Of a stretch of DNA of 64,000 bases, positions 22,570 to 32,284 are shown piece by piece. How positions within the stretch are numbered: position 1 is the stretch's first letter; each line of letters opens with the position of its first letter. The DNA is taken from assembly GCF_056746865.1 (NCBI RefSeq), contig NZ_CM163382.1. The stretch is one strand, 5' to 3'. The notes beneath the pieces are model-generated. The model was given only the letters and a program-made list of their open reading frames with translations. It had not been told where the DNA came from and did not search any database. A program made the translations under genes and the position numbers.

Positions 22570-24692
22570 AACGCGCACCGAATTTAAAGCACCAGCCGAA
22601 AGACAAAATGACGGAGGTGATTATCTTTGCGGGTAGTGATGCCTGGGCACATGCGAAAGAGTGGAGCGAATGGGCCGGAAAGCATATTGCGGCAGATGAT
22701 ACACATCCAGTTATTCTTGGACCGGAACAACTGGCGAGTCTGGCAGACACGCAAATCATCGACAAAGGGCGCTATTACGTGCGCGTTTATCGTGCTGGTG
22801 AAATATCAGAGCAGCACCTTACACAGATAGCGACACTGCTTGCAGTGGCGGGTGTGAAGGAGGCGCGTTGCTACCGCAGCTTTGTTGATCAGCAGCCGGA
22901 GGACTGGACACCGCGCATGGCTGGACTGAAGGATGATGCGGAACGCGGTAACAGTCTGGTGATCAACCTTCCGGCGAAGACAAATTTCACCGGAAATTAT
23001 GATGACGAATTAAAGCCTCGTGTTGAAAGTCGCGTCGATGGTGTTTTCTGGGTAACGCCCAAAGTGGACAAGCAGTCAGGCGAAATTATCCGGCCTGAGA
23101 CGTGGTTATGTTCTCCGCTTGAACTACTGGGAACAGGAACAATCGGCAAAGAGCATTACCGCGTGATGCGCTGGAAAAAACCAGCAAACCATGAGGTCAT
23201 TACAATGGCGGTCCCGTGCGGAGGCATTGGTGACCGTGACGGCTGGCGGTTGCTGAAAGACCACGGCCTTAACGTGACGACCAACGGCAAATACAGGGCT
23301 ATCTTGGCTGACTGGATGCAGTTAAGCGGAAACCATGAGGAATGGCAGTTAAGCACAACAACGGGGTGGCATTTTGGTGCGTACATCATGCCGGATGGTT
23401 CGATCATCGGTGAATCAGAGAAACCCATCCTGTTTACCGGAAAAACTGCCGCTGTTAATGGCTATTCCGTGGCGGGAACAGCGGAGGGCTGGCGCGATAC
23501 CGTGGCACGGCTGGCTGGTGGTAATCCGTCCATGATGCTGGGTGTGGCGGTATCGCTATCTGCACCATTAATCGGGCTGGTGGGTGCTGACGGCTTCGGG
23601 GTTCATCTTTTTGAGCAATCATCAGCAGGTAAAACCACCACACAGAACATTGCATCAAGTTTATGGGGAGAGCCGGACGCGCAACGGCTGACCTGGTACG
23701 GAACGGCGTTAGGTATCGCCAACGAGGCCGAAGCACATAATGACGGGCTGTTACCCCTGGATGAAATAGGCCAGGCCGGAAACGCACGGGAGGTGTCCAC
23801 GTCAGCCTATACGCTGTTTAACGGTTCCGGGAAATTACAGGGGGCGAAGGACGGCGGCAACAGGGAGATAAAACACTGGCGTACGGTGGCAATCAGCACC
23901 GGAGAAATGGACGTTGAAACATTCCTCAAAACGGAAGGGATAAAAATTAAAGCGGGACAGCTTGTCCGTCTGCTTAACGTACCGATGGAAAAGGCCTCGC
24001 AGTTTCACGAATACAGCACCGGAAAGGCGCACGCAGACGCGTTAAAAGATGCCTGGACAGAAAATCACGGGGCGGCAGGTCGTGAGTGGGTTAAATGGCT
24101 GGCAGGCCACCAGCAGGAGGCAAAGGACGCGGTAAGGGCATGTCGCGAGCGGTGGCGCAACCTGATACCGGAGAGCTACGGCGAGCAGGTTCACCGTGTG
24201 GGGGAAAGATTCGCCGTACTGGAGGCCGCGCTTGTGCTTTCCGGTCATGTTACAGGCTGGGATGTTCAGGCGTGCCGTGATGCAGTTCAGCATAACTTTA
24301 ATGCCTGGGTGAAGGAATTCGGCACGGGCAACAGGGAATTTAAACAGATGGTTGAACAGGCTGAGGCGTTTTTGTCGTCGTTCGGGTTCAGTCGATACCT
24401 TCCCTATCCAAACAGCGACGAGCGTGATTTACCGATTAAAGACCTTGCCGGATACAGAAAGGGGAGTATCAGAAACGAAGATGACGAGTTCCGTTTTTAC
24501 ACGTTCCCGCATGTGTTTGAGGGTGAGATAGCACAGGGATTTAATCCGTCTCACTTTGCCCGCGCGTTGAGTGCAGCCGGAATGCTGGAAGCGGGAGGCG
24601 ACCGCCGTTACAAGAAAAAGGCGCTCGGCAGGATTGGCGGGAAGCAACATATTTTTTACGTGCTGATGTTCCAGCCTGAAGCAGAAGATTAA
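22566..24692 (+). CDS. Satellite/prophage replication protein, DUF927-type primase-helicase-like, Walker A present
   Basis: 708 aa; Walker A-like FEQSSAGKTT; immediately followed by iterons. Confidence 0.75.
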   Translation: MKRAPNLKHQPKDKMTEVIIFAGSDAWAHAKEWSEWAGKHIAADDTHPVILGPEQLASLADTQIIDKGRYYVRVYRAGEISEQHLTQIATLLAVAGVKEARCYRSFVDQQPEDWTPRMAGLKDDAERGNSLVINLPAKTNFTGNYDDELKPRVESRVDGVFWVTPKVDKQSGEIIRPETWLCSPLELLGTGTIGKEHYRVMRWKKPANHEVITMAVPCGGIGDRDGWRLLKDHGLNVTTNGKYRAILADWMQLSGNHEEWQLSTTTGWHFGAYIMPDGSIIGESEKPILFTGKTAAVNGYSVAGTAEGWRDTVARLAGGNPSMMLGVAVSLSAPLIGLVGADGFGVHLFEQSSAGKTTTQNIASSLWGEPDAQRLTWYGTALGIANEAEAHNDGLLPLDEIGQAGNAREVSTSAYTLFNGSGKLQGAKDGGNREIKHWRTVAISTGEMDVETFLKTEGIKIKAGQLVRLLNVPMEKASQFHEYSTGKAHADALKDAWTENHGAAGREWVKWLAGHQQEAKDAVRACRERWRNLIPESYGEQVHRVGERFAVLEAALVLSGHVTGWDVQACRDAVQHNFNAWVKEFGTGNREFKQMVEQAEAFLSSFGFSRYLPYPNSDERDLPIKDLAGYRKGSIRNEDDEFRFYTFPHVFEGEIAQGFNPSHFARALSAAGMLEAGGDRRYKKKALGRIGGKQHIFYVLMFQPEAED

Positions 24693-24715
24693 CTTCCCTG
24701 TGTGAGGTAAAAAGT

Positions 24716-24845
24716 TGCGGGTTATGCGGGTTATCCTGTGCATAAGTTAATTAACTGAATGATTAAAAAGGAAATTAATAACCCGCACGTAACCCGCAAA
24801 ACGGCAGTTATAACCCGCAAATGTGCGATTGTAACCCGCAAAATT
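24716..24845. repeat. Iteron cluster 1 (putative replication origin): convergent copies of TTGCGGGTTAT / ATAACCCGCAA
   Basis: gttgcgggttatgcgggttat then aataacccgcacgtaacccgcaaaacggcagttataacccgcaaatgtgcgattgtaacccgcaaa. Confidence 0.7.
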
Positions 24846-24902
24846 TCACTGTAAGAGTGTAAACAAGCGTAACTATCACGTTAAAACCGGAGAACAAACA
24901 GC

Positions 24903-25328
24903 ATGACGGCGCAAATATCAGCTTACGGGCGGCTGGTGGCTGACCCGCAGTTAAAGACCACCAGCAAGGGCACACAAATGGCGATGGCGAGTATGGCGGT
25001 CCCCCTTCCATGCAATCAGACAGATGACGGAACGGCGACGATGTGGTTATCCGTCCTGGCGTTTGGCAGACAGGCTGACGCACTGGCAAAACACCACAAA
25101 GGCGAACTGGTGAGCGTGGCCGGTAACATGCAGGTGAGCTGGTGGACGGGCCAGAACGGCGAAACGAGGCAGGGATGGCAGGTTATCGCAGACAGCGTAA
25201 TCAGTGCGCGAACGGCGCGACCGGGCGGCAAAAAAGGCCAGCAGGGGCAGGCTACTGATGCACTGAACAGGGCAAAGCAACAGACAGGCCAGCACGATGA
25301 TCCGTACGGGGACGGGATACCGTTTTAA
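24903..25328 (+). CDS. Single-stranded DNA-binding protein-like (OB-fold)
   Basis: 141 aa; pattern GRLVADPQLKTT...WLSVLAFGRQADALAKHHKGELVSVAGNMQVSWW...GETRQGWQV resembles SSB OB-fold core; Gly/Gln-rich tail ending DDPYGDGIPF like the SSB acidic tip. Confidence 0.55.
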   Translation: MTAQISAYGRLVADPQLKTTSKGTQMAMASMAVPLPCNQTDDGTATMWLSVLAFGRQADALAKHHKGELVSVAGNMQVSWWTGQNGETRQGWQVIADSVISARTARPGGKKGQQGQATDALNRAKQQTGQHDDPYGDGIPF

Positions 25329-25411
25329 TTCACAACAGCGAACAGAGTAATTACCCAGTGCGCCGTAAAGCCCCGTCCTTCAGGTCGGGGATATAAGGCG
25401 CGGTTTTCCAC

Positions 25412-25828
25412 CTAACTAGGTGTTTGCTGTTGTTCAATGTATTGGCGGATGATGGATATTGGCGCACCTCCGCAGCTACTGGCAAAATAGCTGGGACTCC
25501 ATAAAACGCCTTTGTAGTAATACCTGACTGCAATATCTGGTCGATCTCGTCGCAATAATCTACTCGATACGCCCTTGAGACTGTTCACCAGGGTGGATAT
25601 CGCCAATTTGGGAGGATAGTTAATTAGCAGGTGAACGTGATCTCGTTCTCCATCCATTTCAACCAGTTCAGCTTCAAAATCAGCACATACACTTGAAAAG
25701 TAAGTGCGTAGTTTTTCTATTGCGTCATGGTCAAAAATCTGGCGTCGGTACTTGGTAACAAAGACCAGGTGAACGTGCATCAGGAAGACACAGTGCCTTC
25801 CACGTCGGATATCGGTTTCTTTTTTCAT
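25412..25828 (-). CDS. tnpA: IS200/IS605 Y1 transposase TnpA
   Basis: Start at MKKETDIRRGRHCVFLMHVHLVFVTKYRR; HuH motifs HVHLV and DHVHLL; ends ...GGAPISIIRQYIEQQ. Confidence 0.88.
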   Translation of the reverse strand: MKKETDIRRGRHCVFLMHVHLVFVTKYRRQIFDHDAIEKLRTYFSSVCADFEAELVEMDGERDHVHLLINYPPKLAISTLVNSLKGVSSRLLRRDRPDIAVRYYYKGVLWSPSYFASSCGGAPISIIRQYIEQQQTPS

Positions 25829-25850
25829 AGGCCAAAGTATAATTTGGCAT

Positions 25851-27059
25851 ATGAAACGACTACAAGCTTTCAAATTCCAGTTAAGACCAAATGGAAAACA
25901 GGAGCGTGAAATGAGGCGCTTCGCGGGCGCATGTCGTTTCGTTTTCAATCGTGCTCTGGCGCTTCAGAATGAGAATCATGAGGCCGGGAACAAATATATT
26001 TCTTATGCAAAGATGACTTCCTGGCTGGTTGAATGGAAAAATGCTACTGAAACGCAATGGCTTAAAGATTCTCCCTCACAGCCATTGCAGCAGTCACTGA
26101 AAGACCTTGAGCGAGCCTACAAAAATTTCTTTCAGAAGCGTGCCGCTTTTCCCCGATTCAAAAAGCGGGGACAGCATGATGCATTCCGCTATCCGCAGGG
26201 TGTTAAGCTCGATCAGGAAAACAGCCGTATTTTTCTGCCGAAACTGGGCTGGATGCGCTACCGGAACAGCCGTCAGGTCACGGGTGTTGTGAAAAATGTC
26301 ACTGTCAGCCAGTCCTGCGGTAAGTGGTACATCAGTATTCAGACAGAAAGTGAAGTATCAACTCCGGTTCACCCTTCAGCATTAATGGTCGGGCTGGATG
26401 CTGGCGTGGCTAAACTCGCCACGCTGTCAGATGGCACGGTCTTTGAGCCTGTAAACAGTTTTCATAAAAACCAGAAGAAGCTGGCGAGACTTCAGCGCCA
26501 GTTAAGCCGCAAGGTTAAATTCAGCAACAACTGGCAGAAGCAGAAACGCAAAATACAGCGACTGCATTCCCGTATCGCAAATATCCGCAGGGACTACCTT
26601 CACAAAGTCACAACGACCATCAGCAAAAACCACGCAATGATAGTCATTGAGGATTTGAAGGTCAGCAACATGTCAAAGTCAGCCTCGGGTACGGTCAGCC
26701 AGCCGGGGCGCAATGTCCGGGCAAAATCAGGTTTAAACCGTTCGATACTGGATCAGGGCTGGTATGAAATGCGCCGTCAGCTTGAGTACAAGCAGCTCTG
26801 GTGTGGCGGTCAGGTGCTTGCTGTTCCGCCAGCGTACACAAGCCAGCGTTGCGCGTGCTGTGGTCATACAGCGAAAGAAAATCGCCTGTCACAAAGTCAA
26901 TTCAGATGCCAGGTATGTGGATATACAGCGAACGCCGATGTAAACGGCGCTCGTAACATTTTAGCGGCGGGGCACGCCGTTCTTGCCTGTGGAGGGATGG
27001 TGCAGTCAGGCCGCCCGTTGAAGCAGGAACCCACCGAAATGATTCAGGCGACAGCCTGA
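25851..27059 (+). CDS. tnpB: TnpB (OrfB) RNA-guided nuclease-like protein
   Basis: 402 aa; [17 protein letters not shown]...; C-terminal CxxC...CxxC zinc finger ([37 protein letters not shown]). Confidence 0.9.
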   Translation: MKRLQAFKFQLRPNGKQEREMRRFAGACRFVFNRALALQNENHEAGNKYISYAKMTSWLVEWKNATETQWLKDSPSQPLQQSLKDLERAYKNFFQKRAAFPRFKKRGQHDAFRYPQGVKLDQENSRIFLPKLGWMRYRNSRQVTGVVKNVTVSQSCGKWYISIQTESEVSTPVHPSALMVGLDAGVAKLATLSDGTVFEPVNSFHKNQKKLARLQRQLSRKVKFSNNWQKQKRKIQRLHSRIANIRRDYLHKVTTTISKNHAMIVIEDLKVSNMSKSASGTVSQPGRNVRAKSGLNRSILDQGWYEMRRQLEYKQLWCGGQVLAVPPAYTSQRCACCGHTAKENRLSQSQFRCQVCGYTANADVNGARNILAAGHAVLACGGMVQSGRPLKQEPTEMIQATA

Positions 27060-27265
27060 ACGTAGCAGGAATCCACGTCCTTCAGGGCGTGGAGGATGTC
27101 AAATATCAATGCGACGACTGGAATGTTCCAGGAAGGCACAGAGGCCACCGAAGCAACCGGATAATTTAGAAGACCTGAAACGGTCGCTTAAACGCACTGA
27201 AAAAGAAATGGGGATAGATGGGATCGGGAAATCAGTATGGCGTAACTACCAGAAGTAAGCACAGA
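27060..27265 (+). ncRNA. Putative omegaRNA (reRNA) scaffold at tnpB 3' end / IS right end
   Basis: By analogy with IS200/IS605 TnpB systems; structured region ending in hairpin GCCGGAGCAATCCGGC plus T-run. Boundaries not determined. Confidence 0.35.
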
Positions 27266-27289
27266 GCCGGAGCAATCCGGCTTTTTTTT
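27266..27289 (+). terminator. Hairpin plus T8 tract at IS right end
   Basis: gccggagcaatccggc followed by tttttttt. Confidence 0.5.
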
Positions 27290-27389
27290 GGCTGAAATCA
27301 ATCAATCTGTTTTTGTGATAGAAATATATTTATCTACCACTTTTTTCGATCAATAATGTGCATAATTTAGTCATTAAGAGGAAATTGCT

Positions 27390-27596
27390 GTGAATTGTAT
27401 TAACGACCTGAACACAGGCGATGTCAGAGGTGGTTCCGTTCATCTGGATGCACAGACCGTGATGCGCCTTAAGCAGTACAGAATCGACCATGTGAACAAT
27501 CACCCTGATCAGCCATTACCAGGCGTGGCGCAGATTGTCAGACATGCCGTAAACGCCTGGCTTAATCAGAATGGTTTTGCATCGGGGGGTGAGTAA
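27390..27596 (+). CDS. Small protein (68 aa), first gene of the novel operon; possible regulator
   Basis: GTG start 27390 preceded by AAGAGG; no recognisable family. Confidence 0.45.
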   Translation: MNCINDLNTGDVRGGSVHLDAQTVMRLKQYRIDHVNNHPDQPLPGVAQIVRHAVNAWLNQNGFASGGE

Positions 27597-27692
27597 TGAA
27601 TCGCTGGTACAGCATCAAAGCAGAGGGACGCCAATGTTATCTAACTCAGGTTTTATGAATTCTGACTCCCGATTCAAAATAGGAGGTTACTA

Positions 27693-30224
27693 ATGCCAGT
27701 CGTACCAACAGTATCCGGACGTCAGGTTGAGAGCCGTGGAGTTCAGTCAGCAGGCTTGCAGACGTTTTCTCAGCCAGGTATTGGTGATGCTTTTGTTCGG
27801 GCAGGGGCAGAGGCAATTGATGTTTTTGGTCAGGCAAAACAGCGTGCCAATATTGCCTTGATTCAGGAGGCATCCCTTAAACTCAGTCAGATAGGCAGTG
27901 ATCTGCTGAATAATCCTGAAACAGGATTGCTTAACCTGAAAGGGAAAAATGCTATTGGAAAAGGCCATGAGTATACACAGCAGTTTGATGCTCAGATCGA
28001 ACAACTGGCTATGTCGCTGCCGGATGAACAGGCTCGTAATGCTTTCATGCAGCAGGCGCAGCAGCAGCGTATTCAGTTCGCTACGCAGGCCGGGAGGTAC
28101 GAGATAGGGCAAATAAATGCCTACGAAGAAGGCCAGTTTCAGGCGACACTGCTGAATAATGGTAAAAATGCCTCAGCATTATATGGCGACAACGCAGCAT
28201 ACATATTGGCTAATACGCAAACTTTCCAGCAAATTGAGGATTACGGTATTGCGCATGGCTGGAGCGACGAGCAAATCCAGGCCAAGAAAATCGAGTTTAA
28301 AGAAGCAACAGCAAAAGCAACTGCTCAAAATGCTATTGGAGCAAACTATCTTCAGGTAAGACAGCAAAATGGCGAGTTAAGCGATACTGCTGCTGGATCT
28401 CGCCGTGCTGTAGCAGATAGTGGCTCTTCCGATCGTACCCGCGGTATACGCAACAATAACCCCGGCAATCTTGAATACAGCAAAACTAATCCGTGGATTG
28501 GGCAGACTGGTGATGATGGTCGCTTTGCCAAATTCGAAACCCCTGAACACGGTATTCGCGCGCTTGGTCGCAATTTGCTGTCGTATCAGCGTCAGGGTTA
28601 TGACACCATCAGCGAAATAATTAATCGCTGGGCACCGGCCAGTGATGATAATAAAACTGATGCTTATATACGGGCAGTATGTGCTCAGCTCGGTGTAACT
28701 CCTGACCAGCCGCTTGACGCATCAAATCCTGACACACTGAAATCTCTGTGCAAAGCAATTATTCATCATGAGCAAGGCAGTCAGCCGTACAGTGATCAGC
28801 AATTGGCCGCTGGCGTTAGTGCCGCACTGGGGCTTTCTCAGCTACCGACAAAAAATAAACGTTATACCGGTGTAGCCTGGTTCGATGCTTTAAGTGAATC
28901 AGATCAGGCCAGCGTGTTGCGACAGACGGATGCATTAGCCAGACAGCAGCAGGCTGAATATAGAACGATGCTCGAAAGCCGGGTTCGCGATGCAACGGCT
29001 GCGTATATGCGTGGCGTTGAATTTCCTAACCCGCCTGGTGAGGGTGAGTTCATTGCTGCTTATGGTGTCAGAGAAGGAAACCTGCGATATACCGAGTTCA
29101 GAAATTTGCAGATCGCCGGACAGTATATAGGCTCTTTCCGCAACATGCCGACAAGCAGCATTACCGCATATGTTGAGCAATTACGCCCGGATACTGGTGA
29201 GACAGGGGAGGGGTATGCGTCTCGTGCGGAGTTATTCGACCGGGTATCGGCGGCAGCCACGAAGGTAATAACCCAGAGGCAGAATAATCCGTTTAGTGCA
29301 GCGGTGGAAATCGGAGCCTATAAGCCGATCACCAGCAACAACCCTGACGACATCACTGCCGAGGTGGCTAACCGTTTCTCGTCGCAGGAAAGCTTACGCG
29401 CGTTGGGAATTAATGCCCCACTCCTCAACAGTGAAGAGGCGGCTGCGCTGGCACAGCAGGTGCGCGGCACTCAGAACGTTGACCAGACAATTAAACTGTT
29501 GCAGAGCATGGGGGAGAAGCTGCCTGCGCCAGCAATACGGCAGGTGGCATCTGTAATTGCTCCGAACAGTGCGGCAACAGCCTATTCTGCGCTGCTGCTG
29601 GGCACGCCGGATAACCAGTACGACAACACCAGGCCGACGATCCCATATAGTCAGTTCATCGGGTATAAGCCGACGATGAACAAGTACGACGTTGCAAAGG
29701 TTATTCTTTCCGGCGACCAACTACTGAATCCGACGAAGGCCATGAAGAATGCGGGCATAACTCCGGTACAGTTGCCGAGCGAAGATAAGATGAAAGACGC
29801 TTTCGACGAACAGGTAGGTAATGCATTTGCCCGTAACCCGCAGTTACGCCAGATCAGTTATAGCCTTTTCAAAGCCGCTTACGCAGGAATAGCTTATCAA
29901 TCTGGTGATGCCTCTACGGTAAGAACCAGTATGCCTGATACAGACATTGTAGCTGATGCCGTGAAGTATGCTACTGGCGGTATATACAATGGTTTTAATG
30001 GCGGCGACGTTGTAATGCCTTTTGGCATGGATAAATCTACTTTCAAAGATCGCTATACCACATCTGCGAAACAAGCACTGAAAGATGCCGGACTTAACGT
30101 AAATGCAGTGTCAAATTTCACGCCAGTTAATATCGGCAATAACCGGTATCGGCTTGTAAATGGTAGCGGACGCTGGGCAACAGATCCCAGAACCAATAAA
30201 GCTATTGTCGTGAGGGTTGAATAA
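27693..30224 (+). CDS. Large hypothetical protein P1 (843 aa), Q/A-rich, conserved-looking block RNNNPGNLEY...
   Basis: Strong RBS AGGAGG before ATG 27693; stop overlaps next start (TAATG). Confidence 0.8.
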   Translation: MPVVPTVSGRQVESRGVQSAGLQTFSQPGIGDAFVRAGAEAIDVFGQAKQRANIALIQEASLKLSQIGSDLLNNPETGLLNLKGKNAIGKGHEYTQQFDAQIEQLAMSLPDEQARNAFMQQAQQQRIQFATQAGRYEIGQINAYEEGQFQATLLNNGKNASALYGDNAAYILANTQTFQQIEDYGIAHGWSDEQIQAKKIEFKEATAKATAQNAIGANYLQVRQQNGELSDTAAGSRRAVADSGSSDRTRGIRNNNPGNLEYSKTNPWIGQTGDDGRFAKFETPEHGIRALGRNLLSYQRQGYDTISEIINRWAPASDDNKTDAYIRAVCAQLGVTPDQPLDASNPDTLKSLCKAIIHHEQGSQPYSDQQLAAGVSAALGLSQLPTKNKRYTGVAWFDALSESDQASVLRQTDALARQQQAEYRTMLESRVRDATAAYMRGVEFPNPPGEGEFIAAYGVREGNLRYTEFRNLQIAGQYIGSFRNMPTSSITAYVEQLRPDTGETGEGYASRAELFDRVSAAATKVITQRQNNPFSAAVEIGAYKPITSNNPDDITAEVANRFSSQESLRALGINAPLLNSEEAAALAQQVRGTQNVDQTIKLLQSMGEKLPAPAIRQVASVIAPNSAATAYSALLLGTPDNQYDNTRPTIPYSQFIGYKPTMNKYDVAKVILSGDQLLNPTKAMKNAGITPVQLPSEDKMKDAFDEQVGNAFARNPQLRQISYSLFKAAYAGIAYQSGDASTVRTSMPDTDIVADAVKYATGGIYNGFNGGDVVMPFGMDKSTFKDRYTTSAKQALKDAGLNVNAVSNFTPVNIGNNRYRLVNGSGRWATDPRTNKAIVVRVE

Positions 30225-32284
30225 TGTCTGATGTTTTTTCTTTGGCTCCAGAAGGTCAGGCATGGATTGACGACAAAACAGTTGCCAACCCAGCAAGGCC
30301 AGAAGACTACGATCCGACTCCCTTCCAGGGTTCAGGTACTGCACTTTTGAGCGGCGTGGCGGAGGGGGCTCTCGGTCTCGCGCAGTCTGCCGTCGGATTC
30401 AGCAAGCGTCTGATTAGCGATCCGGCATTTACCGCAGACGTGGCACCGACAGTTAATATTTTTCGGGAGATGTTCCCTGATGCTGACAAAACACTGAATG
30501 ATACATACGACACGATCGGAAAACAGTTACAGGATGCCCGCAGCTATGTGAAGCCTGATGCAGGCAGCCAGGGAATGGCGGCTGAGGTATTAAATGAGCT
30601 TGGTAAATTTGTTCCTGCAATCGGAACAACTATGTTTGGTGGTCCGCTCATCGGCGCTGCTACAGCCTTCAGTTCTACGTATGAGCAGTCCTATCAGGAT
30701 TTTAAAGGGAAGGGAGTAGACGAGGCTACAGCGCGTAACCTGGCAACGCAGCAGAGCCTTTTCAATGCTGTGGGTATGGCCTTACCCGCTGCCGTCGGCA
30801 CCACACTGGCAACGCGCATTGCCTCAGGTGTGGCAATCAACACCGGATTCGGTGGACTGAACCGTTACTCAGTAGGCGCAACACTGGAGGAAAAAGGCTA
30901 CACGGAGATGGCAAAACAGTATCGGGTATTTGACGGTCAGGCGATGTTAGTCGATGCCGTTTTAGGCGGGGTCTTTGGTGGCGTTCATCACCTGACTACC
31001 CATAATAACCATGATGGTACAGAGTCGAACATTTCTGCAGAAGAAATAAAATCAACTTTTGGTGAACATTATCAGCAATCTCCTGATGGTAACATTGAGT
31101 CAATGGTTCGTGATTTATCTGATTCAGGAGTAATAGAACTTATTAATGAACCAGCAATAAAAAATAGTGATGGAGAAATACTTCTGAATAAAGGTCATGT
31201 GACAGTAGCTTCCGGAAAAGAACCAATAATAAGAATAAATATTAATGGATTAAAAGACCATGAAGAACTGTTAGAAACCCTTCATCACGAGGCGCTTCAT
31301 CTTGAGCAGCGCCATTACCCTGACTGGAAGGCCAGAAAGCTAGCTAATGCTGTACTTAAATCTGCAAACAAGCATTCTGACTATCCTGAATTTGCATATG
31401 GGATGTCACAATATTATGAATATAAGAAAAGGGGTGAGTACCCTGAAACATATCCTGAGTGGTTGTACGCTGAAGAAGTTGCCGCACATGCAGTAAATCC
31501 ATCTCTAAAGACAAGCGTTTCATCATGGGAAAAAATTATTTCAGGTTTTAAAGCCTATATATTCAGATACAGTGGTATTCAGGTTGGAACCGTTACACCT
31601 GAGCAGTTACGGTTACTCGTAAGTATGCGTCTTCGCAATATGAAACTGGAAGCCGCAGTAGAAAAAGTTTTTGGTATCCGGGCGAGGGAAAGAATAAAAC
31701 CAAGCGATATTGATGCAGCCCACATTTTGAATGAGGGGCTTCATTACGATATTGAATCGTCACCAGTGCTTCATACCAGCAATGAGAGCATCAACAGCCA
31801 TGTTGACGCCATGGATGAAGCATACAGGCAACTTAATGATGGTCAGCCTGTAAATGTTGGGGGGATGGCGCGAGGGCTTGATGGTCCATTGCGATCAGAT
31901 ATATCTGATACTTACCAAGAGCAATACCATGAAATACAAAAGGTTTTTGAAGAAAATGGTGTCAGATACGAAACATCATCAGAGCCAATTAGTGAATCGC
32001 CTGTCCCTCGTGCTGAAAGTGCTTTCTCATCGGCTGGTGAACACAGAGGGGACATCAGCGTTGATCCAGATACAGGGCAGGTTCTCTCATCCAACAGCTA
32101 TGACCTTATGGCTGCCAGGGACATGGCTGTTGCCAATCCTGAGCTGACTATAGCTCACCCGGAAACCGGAAACCCGACAAAACTTTCTGATCTCCTGGCT
32201 GAGTTGGATGAACAGATTAAGACAGTCCAGAACGAATCGAAGGTTTATTCTGTAGCAGCAGCGTGCTTCTTGAGGAACCCATAA
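30224..32284 (+). CDS. Large hypothetical protein P2 (686 aa) with glycine-rich hydrophobic segments and an HExxH motif
   Basis: HEALH at nt 31286-31300; N-terminal third has repeated Gly/Ala-rich hydrophobic stretches; TAATG coupling at both ends. Confidence 0.8.
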   Translation: MSDVFSLAPEGQAWIDDKTVANPARPEDYDPTPFQGSGTALLSGVAEGALGLAQSAVGFSKRLISDPAFTADVAPTVNIFREMFPDADKTLNDTYDTIGKQLQDARSYVKPDAGSQGMAAEVLNELGKFVPAIGTTMFGGPLIGAATAFSSTYEQSYQDFKGKGVDEATARNLATQQSLFNAVGMALPAAVGTTLATRIASGVAINTGFGGLNRYSVGATLEEKGYTEMAKQYRVFDGQAMLVDAVLGGVFGGVHHLTTHNNHDGTESNISAEEIKSTFGEHYQQSPDGNIESMVRDLSDSGVIELINEPAIKNSDGEILLNKGHVTVASGKEPIIRININGLKDHEELLETLHHEALHLEQRHYPDWKARKLANAVLKSANKHSDYPEFAYGMSQYYEYKKRGEYPETYPEWLYAEEVAAHAVNPSLKTSVSSWEKIISGFKAYIFRYSGIQVGTVTPEQLRLLVSMRLRNMKLEAAVEKVFGIRARERIKPSDIDAAHILNEGLHYDIESSPVLHTSNESINSHVDAMDEAYRQLNDGQPVNVGGMARGLDGPLRSDISDTYQEQYHEIQKVFEENGVRYETSSEPISESPVPRAESAFSSAGEHRGDISVDPDTGQVLSSNSYDLMAARDMAVANPELTIAHPETGNPTKLSDLLAELDEQIKTVQNESKVYSVAAACFLRNP

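Larger units (their letters stand above)
25340..27290 (+). mobile_element. IS200/IS605-family insertion sequence with divergent tnpA and tnpB
   Basis: Y1 HuH transposase plus TnpB with RuvC-like/zinc-finger C-terminus; subterminal hairpins at both ends; ends approximate. Confidence 0.75.
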
